Source: Paraspadella gotoi (lineage: Eukaryota > Animalia > Chaetognatha). From it: a stretch of DNA of 64,000 nucleotides. Of the stretch, positions 35,436-48,247 are shown piece by piece. The stretch lies in contig JBJCIZ010000028.1 of assembly GCA_051294375.1 (NCBI GenBank), forward strand, positions 1,770,542 to 1,834,541, read 5' to 3'. Made by a program: the position numbers and the translations under genes. The notes beneath the pieces are model-generated. The model saw only the letters and a list, made by a program, of their open reading frames with translations. It had not been told where the DNA came from and did no database searches. Position 1 is the stretch's first letter; every line of letters starts with the position of its first letter.

Positions 35436-36700
35436 CTTTGAATATATGGAAAGTTTAAGCCGATCATCCGGAAAATAAACCGATCGAGAAAAGAAAACTT
35501 TTTTCCTCTCTCTTTCCTCTTTTCTGCTTCCGCGCGCCACCTCGAGGGGAAATTTTTGAAGCTGAATTCTAAGAGACTGACTGACTGACTATCTGAAAAT
35601 AAAATTTAGTGACGTTCGTTTTCGTTTTGTGATTTTTTTAGTAGGAAGAGGAATTTTCGTGAGAAGGTTTTTCGTTCGCGGCAAAGTCATTTACACGTTA
35701 TTGTAAAAGTTAAGCGACTCACATATTGTTCTTTGTTGTTCTTTTTTCCCCTTTGTTCTTTTTTTTATGTCTTTCTTTATTTCGATCTTTTTCTATTTCT
35801 GGTTTTCTCCCTAAATGCGTTTCTTTTCTTCTTTCTTTTTTTCTCTTTTTTCTTTTATATTTTTTATTCTCTCTCTTTCGTTTTTCCGTCTTAATTTCTC
35901 TTTCTTTCTTTTTTTTTCTTCACTTCTTTTATTCTTTTTCTTTCATTTTATGTCTTTTTTTTATCTCTCTGTCCTTTTCACTATCTTTCTTTCTTCATTA
36001 AAAAAAGAAAAAACTCCTTCAAGCAAGCACTCACGCACACTCACTCACACACACATAAAAAAAAAGGAAGGAAAAAAAAAAAAGGTTTCCTCTTCTCGAA
36101 TTCTTCTGCTTTTCGCGTTTGAGTTAATTACATCCTCGACCTTGCGCTGCCGCCCCCCACTCTCTTCCCCCCCCCACACCTCTCCTCCCCCCCACATTTC
36201 CCAAAATCTTAAAACCCAACCTCCCCCCCTCAACAACTCGTGAGTAACGATGCGCTTGCGCGTGAATAATCCATTAGCGCCATTAATTCTTACTACGATT
36301 TCCGTCTATGATTTTCTTTTTTTCTTTTTCTTTTTTTTTTTTCTTTTTTTTTGCGGGGAGGGGGTAGGGGGTAAGGGAGGCCCGGGGAGGCCCGGGGAGG
36401 GCCGTTTAACGGGGGTTAAATCGAGTTAAGGGGCAGAGAAGTTGCGACGGAGTTAGTTTTTATTTATGATTCATGAAATCAGAACCGATGACTTTTTTAT
36501 TTATTTTATTTTTAATTTATTTATTTTTTTTTTTAAATTGCCGCAAATTTAAAGTGAAATGACGAATGAAAAAAAAAAAGACCGGGTAAAACTGGGGATA
36601 TTTTGATTGGATGAAAAATTCAGCCAATCAGATCCTCGTGTAATCGATGTGCGGAGGCGCGAAGTTCCGGTCAGCGACTTCGTTAATTAAATATTAAATT
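35436..36700 (-). promoter_or_regulatory. Possible host-gene promoter and 5' exons
   Basis: GC/CpG-enriched patch, opposed CCAAT boxes (gattgg...ccaatc, 36605-36629) and a ttccgg motif; candidate minus-strand exon 35592-35436 with ttttcag acceptor and gtaaat donor; upstream gtgagt donor near 35722. Confidence 0.3.
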
Positions 36701-36932
36701 TATTGCCTTTTTTATTATGTGTTTTCGCGTTAGTTTTTCTCGTTTTGCTTTTATAATTTAAAAAAAGTTTGTTTTTTTTTTTCAACGGTCGTTTCATACC
36801 TAAAATACTTTTTTATACCTTTAAAAAGGCACGAAAAACGAAAAGCAAAAAAAATATTACTTTTTCCCTCGCCAGCGTTTATTTTCTGACGGAGCTTTGT
36901 GGGTCTGAGTGATGAAACATGGAGCGCATGAG

Positions 36933-36979
<47 letters not shown>

Positions 36980-37349
36980 TTCTCTTTTTAGTGGTCCGCA
37001 TTTCCGTTTCGTATTGGGATTTTTCTTATTTTTTTCAGAAAACAAAACTTTGTTGAAAAAGGGTTTTTTTTCGCGTCAGTCAAGTTGCGGAAAAGATTGG
37101 AAAAAATAATGGAACTGAAATGAAGAAGATGGTAAAAATACGGTGTTGAAGGAGGGAAGATGGTAAAAATAACGGAGTCGTAGGAAGGAATATGGTAAAC
37201 AAGGCCACTAAAACGAGAAAGCAAAATAGAGAAGATGGCTAATAGTAGAAAGTAGTATGTTATAAAATCTATAAATATTGAATAGTAAAACAAATAATTT
37301 TTTTATAATCATAAGTTAACAAAAATAAATACAGTAGGTTAACATAAAG

Positions 37350-38702
37350 AAACAAGTTTGAGCAAACAATGTCGGATCTGCCTACGATAATTAATTAATT
37401 AATTAATTAATCGATTAATTAATTAATTAATTAATTTTAATATGTAATAATTAATTTTAAATTTATATTCACTTATCATCATCGATGTCCTTAAAATTGG
37501 GTTAGGGACAGTTATTAAATATTTTTTGTTTGCATTTTATCAAAACAAACAAATATCCTTTATTTTATTTTATGTCTCCTTGTCTCTCTCACTCTCACTC
37601 TCTCTCTCTCTCTCTTTTTATGCAATTGCGACGATCTTTATGCTTTTAAGATTTTTTTTAACTTGCATCATTTTTTCACATTAATTAATTAATTAATTAA
37701 CTAATTAATTAATTAAACATTTATTAGTAATCATTAATATTAAAGATTCAAGTATATGTGACTTATGTTTTTTCCATCTAAACTCATTTCCACTGGCACA
37801 ATTCCGTCAAAACTTTATATAATTATTATATATTAATAAATATTTAAAAGCTTCAGTGCAACAACCCAATGAACTAAATCAAAAAGTTACATTGAAAATC
37901 GATTTAGTAGTAAAAGGGAAAAAAAATTTTAAAGAGAACTAGGAGTTAGAAAAAAGTGTTCAATTTTGGCCCGCCTTACTAGATATTAGGGCCGGAACAG
38001 GATTGAAAACTTGAAGTTCTCTCAAATGGTTAATGGTTAATGGTTAAGCGACTATTAATAATATGAAAATGAAATAATTTTTAAAATTTTGCTTATCAAT
38101 TTTTTTATAGATTCTGATAGAGCTTTAAAGTTAGATAAAGGTTATTAATACAACTTTTTTTTGTTTTATTTATGAAAAATTAAAAAAATAAAATTCCGCC
38201 AATAATGATGATGATGATAATTTTTTTAAGGTTTTTTTGATTTTTAACTAATTTATTGTCAAAATTTGAAAAAATTATAGTACTAACTTTCATTTAACTT
38301 CTTAAGCTCTACAAGAACCCTGTTAAATATTTCCGTGTTTCAAGTTTCCCAAAAATCGTTGCTCTTTTTGCCTAAAACGTTTACTATATATCTAAGTGAA
38401 GAAACTTACCTTTGTGAGAGAAAGTAAGAATTATATTAGTAGTTCTCAAGCTTTACGAGCGTGAAGCAGGTTTGTTTTAATGTTTCTTTACTTGATTTAA
38501 TTTTATATTAAGGTTTTTATTAATTCGTTTATATTATCTTTTTATAGTCCAGCGTTCAATTCCGTTCCATGCGTTTCTATGTCGTTCAATGCCGTTCAAT
38601 GCCTTTCAATGCCGTTCAATGCCGTTTGTATCTCAATTGCTTCTACATTTGGTTGATTAACAATGTAAATTACTTCGGACATTATTTCGGACTCTCTCTC
38701 TT

Positions 38703-38753
<51 letters not shown>

Positions 38754-38832
38754 AATTGCAACGATCCTTATGCTCATTTTTCTGCTCTCTCTCTCTCTTT
38801 GCAATTGCGACGATCCTATGCTCATTTTTCTG

Positions 38833-38904
<72 letters not shown>

Positions 38905-39740
38905 TAATAAAGATTCAAGTAAATGTAACTTATGTTTTTTTCCATTTAAACTCATTTCCACTGGCACAATTCCGTCAAAACTTTATATCTAGCTTCTCCA
39001 CACAACTTTCCTACCCGCTCACAAAATTTCATCTCAATCTATTATGGGTTAAATAAGTAAAAAGATTCAAGTAAATGTGACTCATATTTTTTTCATTTAA
39101 ACTCATTTCCACTCGTACGTTTCCACCGAAACTTTATATCAAGCATCGTTACACATTTTTCTACCCACACAAAAATTTGAACTCAATCTATCCATCCAAT
39201 TATGATTAATTAGAGTACTTATTGGTTAAAATAATTAAAAATTATTTTAGTAAATGCGACTTATGTTTTTTCCTCTTAAACTCACACGATTCCGTCGAAA
39301 CTTTATATCCAGCTTTATCACACACTTTCCTACCCACACACAAAATTTCTTTCCAATCCAACCAGCCAATCACGAGTTATTGGAGCTTTTTGCTAAGGTG
39401 GGACGGATGGACGGATTTATTGACTGATTAATTAATTGTTGATTAATTAATTAACTAATTGATTAATTAACTGATTAATTATTTGATTTATTAATACATC
39501 CTGCATATACATTTAATATAAAAGGAAAAAGAATCCTAATCAATTAGTGAAACAGGTTTTTTGTTTTTTTCCATTTAAACTCATTTCCACTCAAAAGATT
39601 CCATCGAAACTTGGTTTCCTGTTCAATCACACACTTTTCTACTCACATACAAAATTCCAGGTCAATCGATAATTAAGTGGTAATAAGCTAACTTGTTCAA
39701 CTTGCATAATTTAATCAACTTGCATAATTTGGTCAACTTG
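37350..39740 (-). mobile_element. HINE-like element interrupted by other repeats at about 37987-38680 and truncated at 39740
   Basis: Family terminus at 37350; colinear with the 22495-23400 and 14200-14800 copies; contains (GCCGTTCAAT)n at 38551-38626. Confidence 0.7.
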
Positions 39741-41223
39741 TGGATGGCACCATATATTGGAAGTTAGCGCTCGTGCGTCGACAATTGTTTTTCTGCTTTG
39801 TGGTAAGAGTTAGTATTAACCAACTTGCTTGGTTAGTTCAATAAAAGCAACCTTAATAAATAATCAAAGCATATAGATATTCAACTGCTTTTTGCCTTCA
39901 AGCAATTAGAATATCTATATGAGTAAACAATAATCAAATTAATTATTTAATTAATTAATAACCAATTAAAATAATAAAACAGTAATAAAGATACTAAATT
40001 AAAATTGATAACCGGAGAGATTCAAAGTAGGTTGTTAATTATTAGTTATCTCTGTAAATCAGATTTTAAGCTAGGTAAAAACACAACAAGTTAAATCAGC
40101 TGATTGTTAATGAATGGAACTGAAACAGATTGATCATTTGTTTCGGGAAACAAAAGATAAAATAAGTAATTTGTTTTAAACTAATAAAGTCTTTAATCAA
40201 AGTTTTGTAAAAGGTAAAAATAACTATTGGAGTTGACCAATCTTTGTGATGAAGTATTCGGGGATGAGATATCTCGAGATCGAATCCACATCCCCCCCAG
40301 ACGGAAACATAATAGTTTACGGAACACGTTTGGGCTTATTAAAGGTAAGTACTACTAGTCTGAATACTTTAACTAATATATACATAATATATATATAAAA
40401 TTGTAAAAAAAATGTTTTAATTCACTTCAAATCTAATAAACGACGTATTACGGCGTTATAGTTGGGCTTGGTTTGAAGTGTTTATCATTTTTATATGAAA
40501 AGTTTGATGGCCTTGGGCGCAAGAAATATTCCCTCGGTGGGCGTGGCCGTTGACACACTTCCTCTGTTGGCGTTGGGGCCGACAATGGCGCTGGTGAAAT
40601 AGGGGGAGCGCCGAAAGTGAGTGAGGGTGCGGCGACCGTGCCCTCGGGGGCATGATTCTTCTCTTTGGTAGGATGGATACTATTACTACAGACGAGGGTA
40701 AAAAATCAAAAGTGGGGATATATTAAATCTTGTTTAGATGTCTTTACTTTCATTTTAGATTGGCAAGTAAATAACACAAATTAATTATACGTCGTGATTA
40801 GCGAGTTTTCGATCATGTGTTCAGTTCGACTGAAACATGAAATTTGCCCTCCTCCGCGAGATCGCAGATCCTGTTCATTTGTTGAATATGCGCCAAAAAA
40901 CTTTAAAGCGGGATTAATTGCGAATCTTCCAAAATACGTGAAAATAATATTTTGCTTCGAAAATCTTTCTTCTTCGGGGGGAAAAATACTTATTTTTTGG
41001 ACAATTTCTTATATTACATTAAATAATAATAAGACTTTCTGATATACATATTCGTTAACAGTGTAAATCTGACTTTTTGTAATAATGTAAAAATTTGAAA
41101 ATTATTTTTTCCGTATATTTATGTTTTTGCGCCGTGCGCAGTCTTTCTATTTTATTTCAGGTACGTTTTAAGAAGTAGTCGTAGCGTAGGCATAGTGGGC
41201 GGGTTCGTTGGCCAAGGATCGTC

Positions 41224-44200
41224 ATGGCGAAGCCACGGTACGAGACAAAGAGCAGTGCCATCCATGTCCTGGGAGAAGTCACAATTACGGAGAGAGAAGA
41301 CTTTTTTCCAACCCCACCACACCGTAATTTTTTTCCCCTCAACTCTCAAGTAAGTTAAATTTTACAACTCTTTATTAGAATATATATAATATTAATCAAA
41401 ACATTATATTTTATAGATTTTAGGGCGGTATCTCTCAATCGTCAAAGGAGGGTTTGGAACTGCAAGCAAGAATGCGGCAAGTCTTACGATCGCCAAAGAA
41501 GTGAAAGCCCTCTGGGAAAAGGCCAACGTACCTTCCATTGCTGTCCGTAGTATATCATCAAAGGTTGATAAATTGGTTTCACGGTTTTTAAATTTACGCC
41601 GATATAAAAATAAAGAAGCTGTTTTGAGTCAAAAATGGTTCAAAATTGATTACGAAAATCTAGTCAAAGATATCAATGAGGTGTTTGATATTAAAGTAGG
41701 TGAAAATGCTATTAAAGAGTATGAAAAAACTACCGGGATTAAATATGGTGAGGAAGAACAGGCTTTCTACCAAGACCAGGTCTCCAAAACCTTCAACATG
41801 ATGATCGGTAGTGTGGACAAGCAGTGGCTCAGAAAACGCGAGGAAAAGGTACAAAGCGAACAAAGAATGGCGGAACGTCAACAGGCTTGGGAGGAAGAAA
41901 AGATGGCGTCCTCGTCCGCTTCATCATCTCAGGTTGAGGAGGTTCTTGGTCCCGAGGAAGCGTCACCTTCAGTTGAGTATGAAGTGGAGGAAAAAACCAA
42001 TGTTGAAAGAGTAATTCTGACACGTAATAAAAAAAGGCGTTTAGATGATTATGGCGAAATTCAGACAGAAAAGGCAAATGATCTGAATTTGCAAGTAAGA
42101 GAATGTTATAATTATGTTAGAAATGAGGTGTACGATTTTTTGGTACGATTTATGGCAGAAGCTTCTGCATCAAATCGTCAAGCGTTGCTGGCAGCCAAAT
42201 ATTTTGCCAAGCACATTCTCAGTGTTAATTGGTTGTTACCAGAAGAAGCGAGCGCAGAAAAGAGAAAGGCAAAAGAAGAGGGCAGAGTTTTATCTGACGA
42301 TTTTTTTCTTTACGTTTTGCCCTCAGATACATCCTTAAATAGAATGCGAGACCAGTATGCAAAGGCCACTGAAAAAAGTGTAGCTCATCTTCTTTTGGAT
42401 TTAGATGATGACGTCCCCATCACTCATCACGGCGACAGCACCACGCGAAGTATGACGGGAAAGATCTTCGCTGCGCCTTTGACTGTTGGGGATCGTCAAG
42501 TTGTTGCTCTTCCTATCCAAAAGTTAAGTAGTGAAAAGACGGATGATGTGGCTGATGTGTACCAGTTACAGTATAATAGGATGTCAATTTTAACTGGGGC
42601 ACCAACAGTAACTTTTTTTGAAAAACTAACAGCTTTTATGACCGATTCAGCTTCGGACATGAAATCCTTCATATCTGTATTAAAAAATAGATTTGATACT
42701 AATCATGAACCATTTCATATAAAATGTGTTTTGCACACGGTTCTTGGATATACGGACACTGAACTTAAAATCATTTCATCTTTAGAACAAAGTATTGGGC
42801 CCGATAAAATATTTGGTTCAGCTAAATGTCACGACAATTCCAATGTTTGTAAAAGTAGCATTGTTGCGATATTGAAATTAATTTCCCCACAGTACCAACA
42901 TAAACCTTACAATATGAAAGAAGAGTTTGATGCATTGCTTTCTGAAGAGGGTGGTACGAAAAAAAACGATGCTTTTTCTCTTAGAACGCATCGGTTCGGA
43001 GCAATGGAAAAGGCGGCGATAGTTGTTCTTTATCATTGGGATGACGTTTTAAAGCTTTGCGATAGAGTTGAAAATCGAAATAATCTTATTATTTTTATCA
43101 GGACGATCATGGAATGCTCTTTCGTGAAAATGGTCCTCCTTTCACTTGCGCTCATGGGTATTCACTTGATCGAGCCATTCACAGAATTGGTAAAAAATAC
43201 TGATCATGTCGAATTGCAGTCTTTGCTTCCTAGTCTTTATTCTGATCTAAAAAATTATAAAAATTTTGCATCCCGCGCATTAAATGTTACAGAAGCGGCG
43301 ATTTTAACCTTAAAAGCCTCATTTCAGCGTGTTTTAGAAAAACAGGTTTATCCTCAACGTTGGTTTAAGTCTTTGCAGGTCGAGATCGATGATTTGGATG
43401 ATGAGGGCATGGAGACGCTTCAAAATATCCTAGGACTGATGAGTCACCATTGCGCGAAAACATTGCAACGACAAAGGGGAGAAGCTTATGGATTTTCTGA
43501 CCAAAAAGGACCATCTCCAGGTAATTTTAAAAGTATTTTTTATGAAATGAATTGTATACATTGTTTTAATTCTTTCTTTTCGTCAGTAGTTAACATTAAA
43601 TGAGAAAATTCTGTTTTGTTTTCAAATATTTTATTATTATTATTATTATTAAAAAACAGACATGTTTTGGCGATAATGTTAGCCTTCATCATCCCAAAAT
43701 TTTATTTAATATTCTTACAGCTTTTTTGCCAAAAAGTAATGGTAAGAGAAAGAGAGTTTTCCAATACAATTTAGAAAAGGACAGAGAGAGATTGAGGAAA
43801 ATTTGCGCTGATGAAGGCTAACATTATAGCTGAAACATGTCCGTTTTTTATTATTAATAATAATACATTTTCGTTGTCTAAAAACAAAACAATTTTCTAA
43901 TTTATAAAATAAAATTAAATATTTTATAGGCATTCCAATTGTTTAAATTTTAGATGATGTTTCTCAAATTCCCGAGCAGCAACGTAAACAGCTTCCGGTC
44001 ACAAACATGGCGGCGGAGAACTTCTTCGGACAAGTGGACAACTACCTCTCCCGACTTCGCACAACCAGTGTTAAGTGTGTCTCAGATCGTTTGGTAATAC
44101 GTAGCTGTGGGGAAAGAATATATGGAACAACTGCAGCAAGGGAAGTTATTAGTTATAGCACTGAGTTGGATTGTTTGCAAAAAGAGTTTGACAAAGCACA

Positions 44201-45077
44201 AAAAATTAAAAAGAGTAATGCAGTTATAGGGATGAAAGGTAAAGCTCAGATTTATCAAAAAAAAAGACTGAGTTTACTTGATTCGTGTAAAAGCCACGGT
44301 GGTCCATTTTCAAGTCCTCAGGATGTGAATAGTTTTCTTGACAGTTGCAGGCGAAACGGCATCGGAGAAGCAGAGATGAAAAAGGCGCTGAAATCTGAAG
44401 TTTGTTTCGCACGGGAGACGCTTACAAAGAAACCAAAAACCGATGACGTTTTTAGAATTCGTGATCGGACAACAAACAAAGACTTAACATCTCAGCAATA
44501 TGCTTCTAATTTAATTGCACTGTTTTCTAATGTTTTAGCTATTGCAGATGTTCCAACGGATGCCGTGAAGAACGCTATACAACGTGCAACCAATGCCGCT
44601 GGGATTGAATTTCTTTCAGGAGAAATAGTAACCGCTGCAGGCCCATTTGAGGAAAGCAGTGATGGCGGCCCTTCAGTGGCTGCCCAAGTTGGGAAAATGG
44701 TTGAGGGAGGCCCAACTGAGGCTCCTCAAAAAATAGTAACAACTGATTTAATGTACAGTCCAAATTCTAAAATAAATTATTTTACTTCACAAGAAGTTGC
44801 TGTAGCGACGAAAATTGAAGGGAAAAAAAATTGGTGTTTAGCTATGATTGATTCTTTTATTTCTCCTGATATCGTTCTTGCCAGTTTTTATTCTCCGATC
44901 GGGGATCAACGTGTGGCCTTCTTTCATCCGGAAGAAGATGATCAACGCGAGCTGGAAACTAGTTCTTTTCTTCCAATTCAACCAATCGTCACGACGAGTG
45001 AGGTTGACTCGCAATTAGTATTTGTTGTTAATAACCACGAAGAAATTGATATTGTTCGTCATAGCGTAAAAGAGTAG
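41224..45077 (+). CDS. hAT-superfamily-like DDE transposase (divergent hATm/hATw/hATx-type); exons 41224-41349, 41417-43520, 43954-45077; 1117 aa
   Basis: GT-AG introns of phase 0 and phase 1 join one open frame; N-terminal P..QIL.RYL...EVKALWEKANVP; HHGDSTT (D), FMTDSA (D), CVLH (CxxH), TNMAAENFFG (E). TIR and TSD not resolved. Confidence 0.8.
43597..43915. repeat. Inverted repeat with ~110-bp arms (43597-43703 and 43797-43915) inside transposase intron 2
   Basis: The reverse complement of the left arm (gggatgatgaaggctaacattatcgccaaaacatgtctgttttttaataataa...) aligns to the right arm. Confidence 0.8.
43805..43844 (+). ncRNA. Minimal type I hammerhead ribozyme (Penelope pLTR-like)
   Basis: gcg-CTGATGA-a-GGCTA acatta TAGCT-GAAA-C-AT-G-TC-cgt: intact core, 5-bp stem II, palindromic ACATGT stem III, 3-bp stem I. 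Confidence 0.7.
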
Positions 45078-45846
45078 GGGGCCCATAAGAGGCCCCCGCC
45101 TCATTGCATATCTTTGACTAGAATTTTAAGTTCAGTGTCTGTTTTGAAAAGCTTTGTCGGTCTGTCCTTAAAATGATTATTGCTAAGTACAATTTAGATT
45201 TTTTTAAATGATAATGTTAATAGATGTTTTTATCATTTTTTTTCTTTTAGCAGTTTACACGTTAAATAAAATTGTGTTTTTTTAAAAATATTTATATCGC
45301 TAACTAAGGTTATTTTTTTGGGGGTGGAAGGAAAATACGTGCTTGCCACAGCATGCGATATCAATCCATTGGTCACAAACCCCCTCACTCACGTGGGGGA
45401 GGGGCTCCCGTCCGTCCAAATTGGCAGACGTGGCGGGGACTGAGTTGTTTTTTTTAGGGGGGGCGCAGCCTAGTTAGGGGCGTCGGCCCGTTTCCAGTTT
45501 TTATTCTTGTGATATAAATCCATTGGTCACGATTAGCTTCCGTCTAAATTAAAAGATGTGGCGCAAACTTTTTTTTTTAAGTTTTTTTTTTCCATCTGGT
45601 GATGGGGGTAGCCGGATAAATTGTAAAATTATTTTAGTTAGTTAAAAATTATTATGTTAAAAAAGTTAGTTAAAATTAGAAACGATGCTTTGATCTTTTT
45701 TTTCAAAGCTGACTTTCTTGGCTGGTTTTTTTTTATATAATATATATATATATTATAACCAGTCACTCGGCTGCCCTAAACCCGTAATGTTAGTTAGTAT
45801 AGATAATATAATTAGCTAGCATTAGTGGTCCAAACGCCACACTAGT

Positions 45847-46246
45847 CGTGGTCGTGTGGCTAAGGCTGACTCTTCTTATTTGGAGAATGGGATGTCGAAT
45901 CCACTCCTGTCACCACATTAAGTAAGAAGACAGGGATTTCAGCATGAAACCAAAGTGGAATTTATTTGTAGAAAAACAGATATGAAGACGGTGTCAACTT
46001 TTGGACAGAATGAATCAAAGCAGAAACAGAGGCTATTTAAATGGGCTAAGTAGACGAAGCCAGATTCCTCTTCCGGAATCCTCCTCTTCCTCTTCTGGAA
46101 CCTTCTTTTCCTCTTCCGGAAACTATTGTTCCTTTTCTGGATTTGGCTTCCAAAATCCCGTTCGAAATCATTCCAGAATCTTCTTCCTCTTCCGGAATCC
46201 TCTTCCTTAATCTTTTCCTCTGTTTCCGGGTTTCATTCATCTGTGA
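45847..46246 (-). mobile_element. Second copy of the Gypsy LTR + PBS/tRNA-like leader
   Basis: Reverse complement of 27926-28319. Confidence 0.9.
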
Positions 46247-46584
46247 GTTATAAAAGCATAATAAAAATTCAAGCTAAATTAAACCTTTAAGAATTTGTTC
46301 TTCAGAACCACTCAACAAATTATAAAAAAGTGCCATTAATTATTGATAAAGTTTATGATAAATGGATAGCTTTTAAATTATCACTTAAAAATTAAAATAA
46401 AAAAAATTGCATCATTTCTCATGTATTTTTAAATAATAAAAGCTTCAGTGTATTTGCCGCCTTAATAATCAAAGTGGCTTACATTTGGAATTGATATAAT
46501 TGATCGCAGCTGCCTCGGTCTCCTTTTTCCTTTAATGTTTGCTCTACTTCTTTACTTAGAACTGACCAACGTTTCATATCAATT

Positions 46585-47335
46585 TATGGTGGAATAAAAT
46601 CCACCAACCGTTCATCAGCGCCATTGGTGCCGGAGGCAAGTCATCGCCTCCCAACCAAAGGTCCGGGGTTCTAGCCCGGTGGCCGCCTAGCAGTTAATTA
46701 GGACGGGGCGCTTAACATGCCTGTAACACGGTGTTCAGCCTGATCCGAAGCTAAGGGACTGCTTATATTGAATGGTTCTAAGAGACAGTAACCGTTCAAT
46801 GTAAGCAGTCCCTGAGCTTCGGATCAGGCTGTAACCATGTTACAGGCGGGTTAAGCACCCCATCCCTCTTAACTGTAGGCGCCACCGGGCTAGAACCCGG
46901 ACATTTGGGTTGGGGCTCTGCTATGGCGCTGATGAACGGTTGGTGGATTTTAGTCCACCATAGTTCTATCACTAACTCAAAATAATAATTACTGTCTCTT
47001 CATTGGTGAGCCTGACTTACAAACAACAGCAACACTTTCAGGCGACATGCCTCAAACCTGGCGATGCACTTTCCACCAACAACACATCAGGCGACATGCC
47101 TCAACTTGGTGACACACTTTCCACCAACAACAACTTCACTGAAGAGACGCAACAGACTTCTCCCTACGGGAGGGGGGATGTATGGTGGACTAAAATCCAC
47201 CAACCGTTCAATCAGCAGCCATTGGTGCCGAGAGGCAAGTCATTCGCCTCCCAACCCAAAGGTCCGGGTTCTAGCCCGGTGGTCGTCTTGCAGTTAAATT
47301 GGGACGGGGCGTCTACCCGCCTGTAACAGGTGTTA
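46585..47335. mobile_element. Rearranged TRIM cluster: tail-to-tail LTR pair (46585-46962), then LTR end-PBS-internal-PPT-LTR (46985-47335)
   Basis: Same LTR as 59611; TGGTGAGCC at 47004, purine tract 47168-47178, TG start at 47179. Confidence 0.75.
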
Positions 47336-47349
47336 TAGTAGCCATCGCC

Positions 47350-48247
47350 GATGAAATTTAAATGCTAATGAATACAATGTTGAAATAATCTATCATGAGC
47401 ATAGATTATAGTATTAAAATATTTTTGTCAAAAAATTATTTTTTTGGAGGGTACTAGCCTAATTAAAATTATTATATTACTATATAAAGCAAAAAAATTT
47501 GTTTTGAAATCTTAAAATTTTTTTAATGGATTCTGATAGAGCATAAAAAGTTAAAACAAGAAATATAATTACAGCTTTTAAAAATCTTACGTTTCTTAGT
47601 AAAAATTTAAAAAACTGATAAAATCATCAAAAGATAATGAGATTTTTTATAGGTTTTTCTTATTTTTGACCTACTTATCATAAAAAACAGACAACTTTTT
47701 ATAGCTATCTGAATCTGTCTTAAAATTTAAAATTTAAAAAAAAATTTTTGACCTTTTCTATCTATAAATAAATATTTCAAAAATAATTACTAGCTTCGGT
47801 ATAGAGCCATATAAAAAAATTTTGTCCATTGAAAGTATCTTAAAAATGTATAAATTTTCGTTTGAGCTTTACTCACTCTAAATTTTGACTCACCCCATTG
47901 AGTCGGCTACCGGCACTTTTTTTCAAAGAAGCCCTTTGCTGCAGCCCTGAAGCAGCGGACTCAAATACACGCACAAAAATTGTATCTTTGCTACTTTCAT
48001 CGTCGTTTTATGCGTCACTCCTTTTGTCGTCGCTCTCACCGTTCAAACTGCTTCCTCCATCGTTCAAATTATCATCGTCGTTTTTGTCAATCCCTATCCT
48101 GACGGAAGCTTAATTCTTTCTCTCGCTGAGTCACCCAGCATGCCCAGAATTTTATTTGTTGCATAAAAGTAGCGTCGGAAAAATGACCCTAATCCCTTCC
48201 CTAATCCCAAACCCTAATCCCTAGCCCCTAACCCTAATCCCTAACCC
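47350..48247. repeat. Second copy of the 16445-17490 repeat with the (CCCTAA)-like end
   Basis: Colinear match; runs into an N gap. Confidence 0.8.

Noticed and set aside
45768-45790. ggctgccctaaaccc as the right TIR of the hAT-like element
   Set aside because: No convincing matching left TIR or TSD found between 39740 and 41200.
45916-46246. Candidate 3' LTR of the 27926 element
   Set aside because: Opposite orientation, carries its own PBS, and lies 11 kb away; it is a separate copy.
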